Shown here in pieces: positions 29,301 through 38,238 of a DNA stretch of 64,000 nt. Position numbers and translations under genes: made by a program. The stretch is from the NCBI GenBank assembly GCA_965205015.1, contig OZ242029.1:4992001-5056000 (forward strand). The letters run 5' to 3'. How positions within the stretch are numbered: position 1 is the stretch's first letter; each line of letters starts with the position of its first letter. The notes under the pieces were generated by a model. That model made no database searches. It saw nothing but the letters and a program-made list of their open reading frames with translations, and was not told the DNA's origin. The stretch comes from Candidatus Poribacteria bacterium. GTDB lineage: Bacteria > Poribacteria > WGA-4E > WGA-3G.

Positions 29301-30110
29301 CTACATCCCCTTAAGTTTACCCCACGTGGTAGCAAGCTTGGCTTTCGGAGAAACTGGCAATATTGTAGCCAGTCCCTGTTCCCGAATCATCTCTGTCTCT
29401 TCAAAGGTAAGGGCAATACCGTTAAAAAGGGCGGCGTGCGTAATCGAAACCGCAAAAAAGCCACCGGGGAGTTTATTACACTCTAACAGACACCCCATGA
29501 GCAGCGGATACGCCTCTTGTGTCAAGTCATTTCCCTTGATAACCTTCACAGCAACTTCCTCGCCGTCCCTGTAGATAAAGGAGTCGGCATCGCGTGTGAC
29601 GACTGCAGCGACAAACTGCCACGTGTTAACCTCCATCGTTCCTGCGGGACTGATAATACTTCCGTTATCTGAGCCGTTTGCTGAGGTCTCCAAGCGGATC
29701 GCGCCAGGACCCGTGTCACCGATATCGAGAATCCAGCCGCCATTCCAGCACCACGCGCCTTTGGAGATGATACCTTTTCCATCGCCAGGTAAAGCCGGAT
29801 TCAACCATGCCACTAAGGTAAAATCGTTCTCTCCAACGTTGACGGTATCACTGTGCGGAATCTCAAGATAGTCGTCCTTACCATCAAATTTGAGGGCTGG
29901 ACCGAGATCACTATCTACCCATTCTGGGTCCCCTTCGATTGTTCCATCATTGCCGTTCCCCGAGTGATCTTTTACCGTGTTGCCTTTCCCTTCATCAAAA
30001 AGCCACGCGCCTGCCAAAGTGCCTAAATCTATTTCAGCATAACCCATCGTCCCTGAGGCAAGTAGCATCCCTACAAGAATCACGTATAGCCAATTCACAT
30101 TAACTTTCAT
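29301..30110 (-). CDS. secreted LamG-like jellyroll protein
   Basis: Signal peptide; GAWLFDEGKG, ALKFDGKDDY, FTLVAW, WQFVA; C-terminal KLATTWGKLK; ATGA overlap with upstream stop. Confidence 0.85.
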   Translation of the reverse strand: MKVNVNWLYVILVGMLLASGTMGYAEIDLGTLAGAWLFDEGKGNTVKDHSGNGNDGTIEGDPEWVDSDLGPALKFDGKDDYLEIPHSDTVNVGENDFTLVAWLNPALPGDGKGIISKGAWCWNGGWILDIGDTGPGAIRLETSANGSDNGSIISPAGTMEVNTWQFVAAVVTRDADSFIYRDGEEVAVKVIKGNDLTQEAYPLLMGCLLECNKLPGGFFAVSITHAALFNGIALTFEETEMIREQGLATILPVSPKAKLATTWGKLKGM

Positions 30111-32215
30111 TTTTCCTCTCCTTTTGAAAGCCGTGTAATCGTAAACCCGTTCCACACCCAACGTTTCTTTCGAGTATAAATCACTTGGGTTAGACGCTCA
30201 TTCGTGATCGTAACAGTGTATCGCCTTTCCGCAAATTCATCTGCTGAAGTGAGACGTAGTTTCTGGAATTTCTTTTCGCCGTTCGCAATGAGGTTAATAT
30301 CCACCGGTGCAATAACCCCTGCGTAGAAATAGCACGTAATTTCGTAAGTCCCATTCGGGAGCGTGAGCCTGAAAACACCATCCTCTTCACCCCAGAGGCT
30401 ATCTTGATACAGAAGAAGATTCGGTTCACCGACTGCTAAAACATCGCGTAGGTCCCGCGCAGCCTTCGGGGCTTCGGTGTGCCAATATTTGAGTTCAAAA
30501 CCACCGCCGCCGGTTTTAAATTCATCCTGAACAGATTTCGATATCCAACCGTACCGCCCATCTGTGTAATCCGTGTCCGTGTATATAGGAATCCGCCCCA
30601 GGGCAGTCTCTCCATCGCGCGGTTGCATGTCGAAGGTCATCTCAGTCGTATCCTCCCATAATTGCGAGTCCGGTGCGACGCGCTTGCGCCGATACAGCCG
30701 ATTAAAGTTGGTTGCATGGATCACCTCATAATCTTGGGTAAGATCTTCAACGTTATCATACTCTGTGCGCCAGACGAGCACATAGTCCGGTGGCACTTTC
30801 TTGTTTTTGTAGCGGAGCGGGAAGTGATCTGTGTTCGGTTCATAGTTCTGAAGATAGGCAACATCGTTCTCCAACGCCAGATACCCCTCTATATGCTCAA
30901 ACGGGAGAATGTATTTGAAATCCCATTTCGCCGAATCGGGCGTACCCCCCCACGAACTCGGACGACTCGCAAGGACCGTGTGCGGTTCTATCATCTCTGC
31001 CGATGAAAGTGCCTCTTGGGCATCTCTGTCCAGCAGATAGTAAGTTTGAACGTGATAACCGAGATGCCATAACGCTAAAACAATCAGGATACCGCTGAAG
31101 GCATAGTCAACGAATCGATGAAGACTGAAACTGAAGAATGGCAGTAGGGCGAGTAGAATGTAGATATGTATCCGATCACTGATCCACATACCCCCAGAAC
31201 GCAAACTCCACGGGGATTTGAAATAGAGGAACGTTAATATCAGCGCAATCAGCAAAAAAACGTCTGTTCGAGCGAGAATTGCGGCAGCACCTCTGGAACT
31301 TCCGTTTTCCGATGTCGACGCGGCACGGTGGGCATAAATTTTACCGATCCTGTCGATGACAGTCAGCAGAAAAGCGATTCCAAGCACAGCAAGGAGAAGG
31401 TTGCCTATCAGAACATGGTCATCCCGAAAGGAGACAATGGAACCGATGGAGAGAAAGTACTTTATTAATCCTTCAAAACTTCTATGGAAACCCCCTCCCT
31501 CTCGTTTCACCAGATAGTAGGACAGTAGGATTACATAGGCGGGGAGCATGGAACCCAAAAAGAGTAAGATAGATTTTAATTGTGCGACTAACCGCACACG
31601 CGGAGATTCTAACACCTCATAAACATAACGGAAAACACCGAGAACCGTTAGAGATACTGTCAGCAGCGCGTAGGATTGAAAGTGCGTGAGATAGACGACC
31701 GTGAGCCACACGTAAACCGTGACAAACGCCCTTGGACTGAGTTTATTCTCACATCGCCACCAACAACCGATCGCGAAAAAAAAGAGTGAGACACTTAAGG
31801 CGAAGTTATAGAATCCCATGTGCAGCAAATAGTTATAGGCAAAAATGAAACCGACGAGGCAGAAAAGTGTCTTGCTTTTTTGAATACCGTTGAGGAGATA
31901 GAGGAGAGAAAGGGGGAGAAGTCCTATGCAGAGACTAAAGAATATCTTTTCGCAGACAAGCGGGGGAAAGATATACATGAGCGCTGCCATGAAGGCATGG
32001 GACGTCCAATTCGGAAAAAGCGTCGGGTTGCGTTCGTGAACTTCCCGGAGTATATAGTTTTCGTGATTGTGATATACCTTTAAAATGTGTGCGTTGTGGA
32101 CATGCGCGGGTCCGTCTTGGGTCCCGGTATACTTGAACAGCCAAGTCGGCAAAACATGTATCACCAAAAGTACAATCACGATACTGTGCTGGATAGAGAA
32201 TCGACGCACTTTCAT
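30107..32215 (-). CDS. polytopic membrane protein (GT-C-like) with C-terminal beta-sandwich domain
   Basis: QDGPAH, PNW, MGFYNF, ~11 TM helices; C-terminal LPNGTYEITCYF carbohydrate-binding-like fold. Confidence 0.55.
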   Translation of the reverse strand: MKVRRFSIQHSIVIVLLVIHVLPTWLFKYTGTQDGPAHVHNAHILKVYHNHENYILREVHERNPTLFPNWTSHAFMAALMYIFPPLVCEKIFFSLCIGLLPLSLLYLLNGIQKSKTLFCLVGFIFAYNYLLHMGFYNFALSVSLFFFAIGCWWRCENKLSPRAFVTVYVWLTVVYLTHFQSYALLTVSLTVLGVFRYVYEVLESPRVRLVAQLKSILLFLGSMLPAYVILLSYYLVKREGGGFHRSFEGLIKYFLSIGSIVSFRDDHVLIGNLLLAVLGIAFLLTVIDRIGKIYAHRAASTSENGSSRGAAAILARTDVFLLIALILTFLYFKSPWSLRSGGMWISDRIHIYILLALLPFFSFSLHRFVDYAFSGILIVLALWHLGYHVQTYYLLDRDAQEALSSAEMIEPHTVLASRPSSWGGTPDSAKWDFKYILPFEHIEGYLALENDVAYLQNYEPNTDHFPLRYKNKKVPPDYVLVWRTEYDNVEDLTQDYEVIHATNFNRLYRRKRVAPDSQLWEDTTEMTFDMQPRDGETALGRIPIYTDTDYTDGRYGWISKSVQDEFKTGGGGFELKYWHTEAPKAARDLRDVLAVGEPNLLLYQDSLWGEEDGVFRLTLPNGTYEITCYFYAGVIAPVDINLIANGEKKFQKLRLTSADEFAERRYTVTITNERLTQVIYTRKKRWVWNGFTITRLSKGEEK

Positions 32216-32305
32216 AGTTGCCTCGCTCTTGAACAACCGTCTTTCGCACGAATAGAATCGGATGTTGCTATTCTACAAGAACTTTGCCGCAAGGTCAACA
32301 AAAAC

Positions 32306-32535
32306 TGTGGATAAGGCGAGGTTAGATGAAGATTAATTTTTTAATTCGGTAATATGCGGGCAGGCACAAGCCCTGGGGAAACACCCAAGCAAAAACCCCC
32401 TACAATGTCTTTTTTGGGATAGGATTACCGAAATATTTATTTAAATTTCATTCAACCGCGCCAACGGGGAATGTAAGCATCGGGAATCGGAGTTCCCTCC
32501 TACAGAAAAGCTAAATGCTCTATGTGGATAAAGCA
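32306..32535. repeat. nested composite of intergenic repeats
   Basis: GGCGAGGTT...AACCGCGCC shell, TTCGGTAAT/ATTACCGAA inner inverted repeat, GTAG REP with 20-nt insert, second REP at 32480-32503, TGTGGATAA on both sides. Confidence 0.7.
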
Positions 32536-33381
32536 CTAAAAAGGTGAGTCTTGGGCTTGTGTATTTTCTGCTTGCGCGTCACTCGAAGCTGCAGTCTCTT
32601 GATTCGCGGATTCCTCAGATTCAGGGACTTCGCTCTCCTGTGCAGCCGTTGTTAATTGCTTTACACGCTCGCAGAGTTCATCTAACAACTGTGGTGAGGT
32701 TTCCGCCGCTTTCAGTTCCGCAGAAAGCTGCGTCCACTGCATCTCGGTCATATCGTTCCGAGATTCCACACCATATTTACGTTTGATGTAATTCCAGAGA
32801 TCCGCCTTATCGACACCTTTTCCTTCAAGAGGTCCCGCCAGATTGTTCGCGATAGCAAAAGCCGCTTTTTGGGCGTTAGCGATATTTCCAGCGCCCTGCT
32901 GTAACCGCGGTTGTTGCGCCGTATTACCACTCCCCGCTTTTCGGTTCAGGTAGAAATTCAGGACCTCGCGGATGACCGGCACGGGGATCAACTGTTTAAT
33001 TGCGTTACGCTGCGCTTTATGAATCGCTTTGGTGAAGGCGAACGGATCGGCGCGTCCGCCAGCCATCTTCAGTTGCTCATAAGCACCGTAACGAGAGGAA
33101 CCGGTGATTGTATCGACGGCTTTCGCAGTCGCAATCCAAGAATGCTCGCGCTCCTCATAATCAATTTCTTCGATCTGGATACCGCCCCGGCGATTTGCGG
33201 CTTCGTTAATACCGGCTAAAGTCAACCCTTCAACAGTACGTCCGCCCTGTTTGAAGGAGTAGACATAATCCTGAATCGTCTGTCCAGTCATCAACTCAAT
33301 GATGGCCTGGTCATCCACCTGATCGACAACTTCATATTCTGCGGTAACTGGTACCATTTCGTTCTTTTTTTCTTCAGCCAT
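32536..33381 (-). CDS. putative Rad52/Sak-like single-strand annealing protein
   Basis: KQGGRTVEGL..AGINEAAN, three beta strands, AFTKAIHKAQRNA helix; helical C-domain; acidic tail ending DSPF; GGAGG RBS. Confidence 0.5.
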   Translation of the reverse strand: MAEEKKNEMVPVTAEYEVVDQVDDQAIIELMTGQTIQDYVYSFKQGGRTVEGLTLAGINEAANRRGGIQIEEIDYEEREHSWIATAKAVDTITGSSRYGAYEQLKMAGGRADPFAFTKAIHKAQRNAIKQLIPVPVIREVLNFYLNRKAGSGNTAQQPRLQQGAGNIANAQKAAFAIANNLAGPLEGKGVDKADLWNYIKRKYGVESRNDMTEMQWTQLSAELKAAETSPQLLDELCERVKQLTTAAQESEVPESEESANQETAASSDAQAENTQAQDSPF

Positions 33382-33453
33382 GATATCCTCCGATTTCTAA
33401 ATATATAATTAGTATAACATATCTTTAGATATATATCAAAAAAAAATGCTATT

Positions 33454-34266
33454 TCATTCATCGTCGGCAATGCCCGTCGTAATTTCGATCTGTACTCCAT
33501 CTGTTACAATGCTTTCAACGTAGAGCGTGAATGTATACATCTGATGGTTCTCGTATTTTTGAAGTTTGGAAGGAAAGAGACCTTCCCCTGCAACATCATC
33601 TATAATCCAAAATGTCACATTTCTATTGTTTGTGTCAAGTGTCATCGCGCCTGAATAATTTTTTACCCATTCCGGGTCTACATCATCTCCAATGCCCAGC
33701 AGTTCATTTAGTCTTTTAAGTGAAACCGTCTCATTTTGAAGACGCACTGTTTTTCCGACATACCTCTGACCCCCAGCGACAATCTGCTCAAGCGTCGTGT
33801 CGAGCACCTCAATATCCGCTTTCGCGGTGTGTTCAGGGACATCAGCCCAGATAGTGAAGAAACGCTCGCCATCTGCGGCTGTGTCTCCGGAAATGTCTTT
33901 TATTAGAAGTGTAAAAGTGTAAGTGGTATGCCCCCGAATATGTCGTAGACCACTCTCCATGTAATTTAAATAATAGTGGCGCACAAACTGCGGGTCAGAG
34001 TCGGTGATGAAAAAACGGACTGTCTTGTGATGCGTAAACAATTCTAACCTTGGTGGGTCCCCATCAGCACTCGGATAAATTCTGCCAGCAGCGGTAATCG
34101 TAACCTTCCGTCCCTTGTACTTTGAGTTGATGCCATTTACTTCAACATCGTTGATAATATCGGTGAGGGTGCCAAGTTTGACGCTGGGGGATATCCGATG
34201 AAATTTTGCACATCCTCCAAAGATAGTAATGGCAAAACATGCACATAAAGATGTAAAAAGTTTCAT
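33454..34266 (-). CDS. hypothetical lipoprotein with two repeated OB-fold-like domains
   Basis: Lipobox FGGC; KYKGRKVTI...YTFTLLIKDI repeated as RYVGKTVRL...YTFTLYVESI. Confidence 0.55.
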   Translation of the reverse strand: MKLFTSLCACFAITIFGGCAKFHRISPSVKLGTLTDIINDVEVNGINSKYKGRKVTITAAGRIYPSADGDPPRLELFTHHKTVRFFITDSDPQFVRHYYLNYMESGLRHIRGHTTYTFTLLIKDISGDTAADGERFFTIWADVPEHTAKADIEVLDTTLEQIVAGGQRYVGKTVRLQNETVSLKRLNELLGIGDDVDPEWVKNYSGAMTLDTNNRNVTFWIIDDVAGEGLFPSKLQKYENHQMYTFTLYVESIVTDGVQIEITTGIADDE

Positions 34267-34279
34267 GTTTTTTTAATTG

Positions 34280-34387
34280 GGACTTACGCAATTTTCCATG
34301 AAATGCTCCATATTGCGCCAGTGGCGAGGTTAGGAGGGAAACACCCAAGCAAAAACACCTCGCCAGCGGGACGGGCTGCGTAAGTCC
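34280..34387. repeat. MITE-like shell GGACTTACGCA/TGCGTAAGTCC enclosing a REP with the 20-nt insert
   Basis: Perfect 11-bp inverted termini at 34280-34290 and 34377-34387. Confidence 0.65.
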
Positions 34388-34618
34388 TGTTAATTATACC
34401 TTGCGGGAGAATAACGTGAGTTTGAATGTTTGACGCACCTTCTTTATATCCGCCTGCGTGTTTTTGCAAACGCTAAAATCCAATGCGAAGAAAGTATTTC
34501 TGCGTATTGTTGCAGGCTACGTGTCTGGTAGAAAGTTGTAAAGTGTTCCAAAATCTGTGAAGTTGGGCAAGAAAGTCAGTAAAGTATTTTGGTTTAAGAA
34601 TTATAACGACTTCCATTT

Positions 34619-35980
34619 GTCACTTACCCCCATTTTTTTTCGAGAGTAGATTGTAGTTGATGTAGTCAGGTTTTTCTGTGAGAAAGTCAGTCAGTGAGTG
34701 GGTCCGAAAAGTGGATCCCCTCTGGCACCTATCTCGGTGAAAAAGGAGATAAGAAAGTGTTGGTTCCATAAGTCGGTGAGCACGCGTTTGATAATAGTAA
34801 TAACAGAAAAAGTTTTTCTGTTATTACTATTATATGCCCTCTGCCAATGCGTAGAGGCGACCTTCTCGTAACTGATAAACAGCAATCCATAAGCGAGGCA
34901 GGCACATAACCAAAGGACCTCCAGACGCGCTTGTGTCGGTTTTTTCAAGACGAGTTTACCAAATCCGAAGCACGACTTTATATCTCGAAACCCGTGTTCA
35001 ATCTGCATGCGGCGTTTGTAGCAGTGATGTATCTGATGTCCACTGAGGCGATTGGAGATAAGATACATCGGGTCTTTGAAGGTCTCATCTCTGAGGATAT
35101 AGAGTTGAAGCGGTATCTGCTCCTGCGCCTGATAAAGGATATGCCGATACCAGCCCGCTTCGAGGTCATCAAGTTTCTTCAGACTCCCATCATGCCGGAT
35201 ACCGACATTTCTCGCAACACGCATCACGAACGGGATATCCCGTGCCTTGAGAAACTTGATGACGTATCGCGCACGCCCAAAACCACGGTCAAACACCAGA
35301 ACAGGTCGTTGTTGATGCCGCGACACCACCCCTAAAGCCTCTTGATAAACATGGACACAGAAGTATTGGATAATCTCATTATGACTCTTATAGATACCCT
35401 CGTGAAGCTGGTGATCGCTATAGATGAACCAAAAGACAGGGATCGCACGATGCCGAAACGGGATCGAAACAACAAGGGCTTTCCACCCGGCAATCAGAGA
35501 CGTCTCATCAACGAGCAAATACAGATGAGCACCCGCATCCTTGAAAAACCAACCCACAACCGACACGAACCACGCTTCTTTGAGCGCATCAATCGGCAGT
35601 GGGGTGTCAAGGAAACGCAGAAACCTTTTCTGTTTCGACTTCTCCCGCTTGACGACGAGCGACAAACGCGACGCAACTTCATTGATCCGAAACGTCGGGG
35701 CAACACTGATCGCTATCAAGACCAATACCAGATTCCGAAAAACCGGTTTTTTCATACCAACAGACTTGAAGATTTCTCCAAAACGTGTTATCATCGTTTC
35801 TGGATTTACCCGTTTTGGGTATCTCTTTTTCATAAAATACCTCCTTACATGTTTTGTAAAATGCGTTTACAAACAGTTGCTGTAAGGAGGTATTTTATCA
35901 TAAACCCACTGAGTTTCTCACACTTTTTACAACTAAAACCTTTCACCACAAACCTTCAGAAAAAAATGGGGGTAAGTGAC
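34619..35980 (-). mobile_element. IS4-superfamily insertion sequence, intact
   Basis: 21-bp perfect TIR GTCACTTACCCCCATTTTTTT; 9-bp TSD CTTCCATTT at 34610-34618 and 35981-35989. Confidence 0.92.
34691..35833 (-). CDS. DDE transposase (IS4-like)
   Basis: LLVDET, VFDRGF, YKRRMQIEHGFRDIKS (Y-x2-R-x3-E-x6-K signature). Confidence 0.92.
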   Translation of the reverse strand: MKKRYPKRVNPETMITRFGEIFKSVGMKKPVFRNLVLVLIAISVAPTFRINEVASRLSLVVKREKSKQKRFLRFLDTPLPIDALKEAWFVSVVGWFFKDAGAHLYLLVDETSLIAGWKALVVSIPFRHRAIPVFWFIYSDHQLHEGIYKSHNEIIQYFCVHVYQEALGVVSRHQQRPVLVFDRGFGRARYVIKFLKARDIPFVMRVARNVGIRHDGSLKKLDDLEAGWYRHILYQAQEQIPLQLYILRDETFKDPMYLISNRLSGHQIHHCYKRRMQIEHGFRDIKSCFGFGKLVLKKPTQARLEVLWLCACLAYGLLFISYEKVASTHWQRAYNSNNRKTFSVITIIKRVLTDLWNQHFLISFFTEIGARGDPLFGPTH

Positions 35981-36048
35981 CTTCCATTTAACATGTCAAA
36001 TTATATGGGAAACCCATCCAATTCGCTGAAAAACGCCACTCGATAAAC

Positions 36049-36077
36049 TTGACCACCAATCCGAATTCTGCTATAAT
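36049..36077 (+). promoter_or_regulatory. sigma70 promoter
   Basis: TTGACC-N17-TATAAT with extended TG. Confidence 0.7.
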
Positions 36078-36110
36078 AATCGTAAACCGAGCATCGGAGA
36101 TTGACGAACA

Positions 36111-37733
36111 GTGACAACCCCTCTTCTCCACATGCAAGCCATTACCAAAGATTTTCCCGGCGTGCGCGCCTTAGATGACGTCTCTTTTGAAGTACATCCG
36201 GGTGAAATCCATGCCCTGTGTGGAGAAAACGGGGCGGGCAAATCAACGTTGATTAAGATACTCGGCGGTGTCTATCCGTACGGAACTTACGAAGGACACC
36301 TGAACATCAATGGAAACGCGCAGCAATTCTATAGCGTGCGGGATGCAGAACGTGCTGGAATCGCCGTCATCCATCAGGAACTGGCACTTATTCCAGAAAT
36401 GACGGTCGCTGAGAACATCTACCTCGGCAAAGAACCGTGCCACTTCGGCACTATTAACAGGCATCGTCTCTACCACGAAGCAGGCGAACTCCTTTCGCAG
36501 TTTGGATTGACGATTCCACTGCATAAATCCGTCCATGAACTCGGGATCGGACAACAACAACTCGTAGAAATCGCGAAGGCTTTAGGACGTAGCTTGCAAG
36601 CCAACAGCGAAGCGTCAAGGAGTGCCTTGTTACTCGTGCTGGACGAACCGACAGCCGCTCTGACCGAAAGCGAAGTAGACATCCTTCGGCAGATTCTGAC
36701 CCAACTCCGGGAAAAGGGGGTCGCCTGTATCTACATCACCCATAAACTCAAGGAGATTTTTCAGATTGCTGACCGAGTAACGGTACTACGAGACGGTAAA
36801 GCAGTTGCAACGCACTCCATTAAATCATCTGAATGTACCGAAGAAGTACTCATTTCACAGATGGTCGGACGCGAACTAACCGCCCTGTTTCCAAAACGGC
36901 GAACGCCCTCTACTGATGAAAATGGGGCACGTCAAGAAGATGTAGCACTCCGAGTAGAAAACTTAAACACCTATCCATTGGAACCTCCTCAGCTGAAAGA
37001 TATCAGTTTCGAGGTACGACGCGGGGAAATCCTCGGAATCGCAGGTTTGATGGGCGCGGGAAGGACAGAATTGATCAGTACCATTTTCGGTGCGTATGAG
37101 GGTAGGCAGAGTGGCGAAATCGTTATAGACGGTACCACCGTTCAGATTCACGCGCCACTCGAGGCAATACAGCACGGAATGGCACTCGTTAGCGAAGATC
37201 GGAAACGCTACGGTCTTCTTTTAGACGTGGATGTCGTTCGCAACATGACGCTTGCGAGTCTCAATGTGTCGTCAGGCATCACATCACACGGAATCATTAA
37301 CGAAAACACGGCACTCGAAAAAAGCGAGCATTACGTGGATTCCCTCCAGATTAAGACGACTTCACTTGAAGCTCCTGTGAACCACCTCAGCGGCGGCAAC
37401 CAACAGAAAGTCGTTCTCGCGAAATGGTTGATGACACATCCGAAGGTGTTATTTCTTGATGAACCGACACGCGGGATTGATGTCGGTGCGAAGGCAGAAA
37501 TTCACACGCTGATGGCAGAACTTGCGCAAGCGGGTGTCGCAATTGTGTTTGTCTCCTCTGAACTCCCAGAAATCCTTGGCATGAGCGATCGGGTCATAGT
37601 GCTACATGAAGGCAAAATCACGGGTGAATTTATCAACGATAACCTGACACAAGCGGACATTTTGCGATGTGCCGCTGGTAATTATGAGCTCCAAGCAAAA
37701 ACACCCGCCTCACCGAACCGCAAGGTAAATTAA
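36111..37733 (+). CDS. monosaccharide ABC transporter ATP-binding protein (CUT2, XylG-like)
   Basis: GENGAGKST, LDEPT, LSGGNQQK, DEPTRGIDVGAK, SSELPE; two ATPase domains. Confidence 0.92.
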   Translation: MTTPLLHMQAITKDFPGVRALDDVSFEVHPGEIHALCGENGAGKSTLIKILGGVYPYGTYEGHLNINGNAQQFYSVRDAERAGIAVIHQELALIPEMTVAENIYLGKEPCHFGTINRHRLYHEAGELLSQFGLTIPLHKSVHELGIGQQQLVEIAKALGRSLQANSEASRSALLLVLDEPTAALTESEVDILRQILTQLREKGVACIYITHKLKEIFQIADRVTVLRDGKAVATHSIKSSECTEEVLISQMVGRELTALFPKRRTPSTDENGARQEDVALRVENLNTYPLEPPQLKDISFEVRRGEILGIAGLMGAGRTELISTIFGAYEGRQSGEIVIDGTTVQIHAPLEAIQHGMALVSEDRKRYGLLLDVDVVRNMTLASLNVSSGITSHGIINENTALEKSEHYVDSLQIKTTSLEAPVNHLSGGNQQKVVLAKWLMTHPKVLFLDEPTRGIDVGAKAEIHTLMAELAQAGVAIVFVSSELPEILGMSDRVIVLHEGKITGEFINDNLTQADILRCAAGNYELQAKTPASPNRKVN

Positions 37734-37737
37734 AAAA

Positions 37738-38238
37738 GTGGAAAACAGAAACGAAACGTTTAAAACAGAAAGCCCAGAGGAAACCCAGGCATTCGGAGAA
37801 AAATTGGGCAAAACGCTCAAGCAGGGAGATGTCATTGCCCTCGTCGGCGACCTCGGCACGGGTAAAACCTGTTTGACACAAGGCATTGCGCGCGGTGTCG
37901 GTATCGCGTCGGATGCAGTCGTCAACAGTCCTTCCTATATCCTGATTAACGAGTACAATGGGGCAATACCGATCTACCATATCGATCTGTACCGCCTCGA
38001 AAATAGTGAGGAGATCGCCGAACTCGGACTCAGTGAATATATGGAAGGCGATGGAATTTGCATTATTGAGTGGGCAGAACGGATGACAGACGCATTGCCC
38101 GATACCTGTATCAAGATACACATAACATTAGCAGCAAGCACCTCACACAGCAATGACGAAACTCACATGTCAATGTTCCAAAGTCCTGAAGATGAAAACA
38201 TCCGACACATCGAAATTCAATATCCTATATCTCGATAG
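37738..38238 (+). CDS. tsaE: tRNA t6A ATPase TsaE
   Basis: GDLGTGKT, SPSYILINEY, HIDLYRL, IEWAE. Confidence 0.93.
   Translation: MENRNETFKTESPEETQAFGEKLGKTLKQGDVIALVGDLGTGKTCLTQGIARGVGIASDAVVNSPSYILINEYNGAIPIYHIDLYRLENSEEIAELGLSEYMEGDGICIIEWAERMTDALPDTCIKIHITLAASTSHSNDETHMSMFQSPEDENIRHIEIQYPISR

Noticed and set aside
35342-36046. 234-aa ORF antisense to the IS4-like transposase
   Set aside because: Crosses the IS end and has no motifs; treated as a shadow ORF
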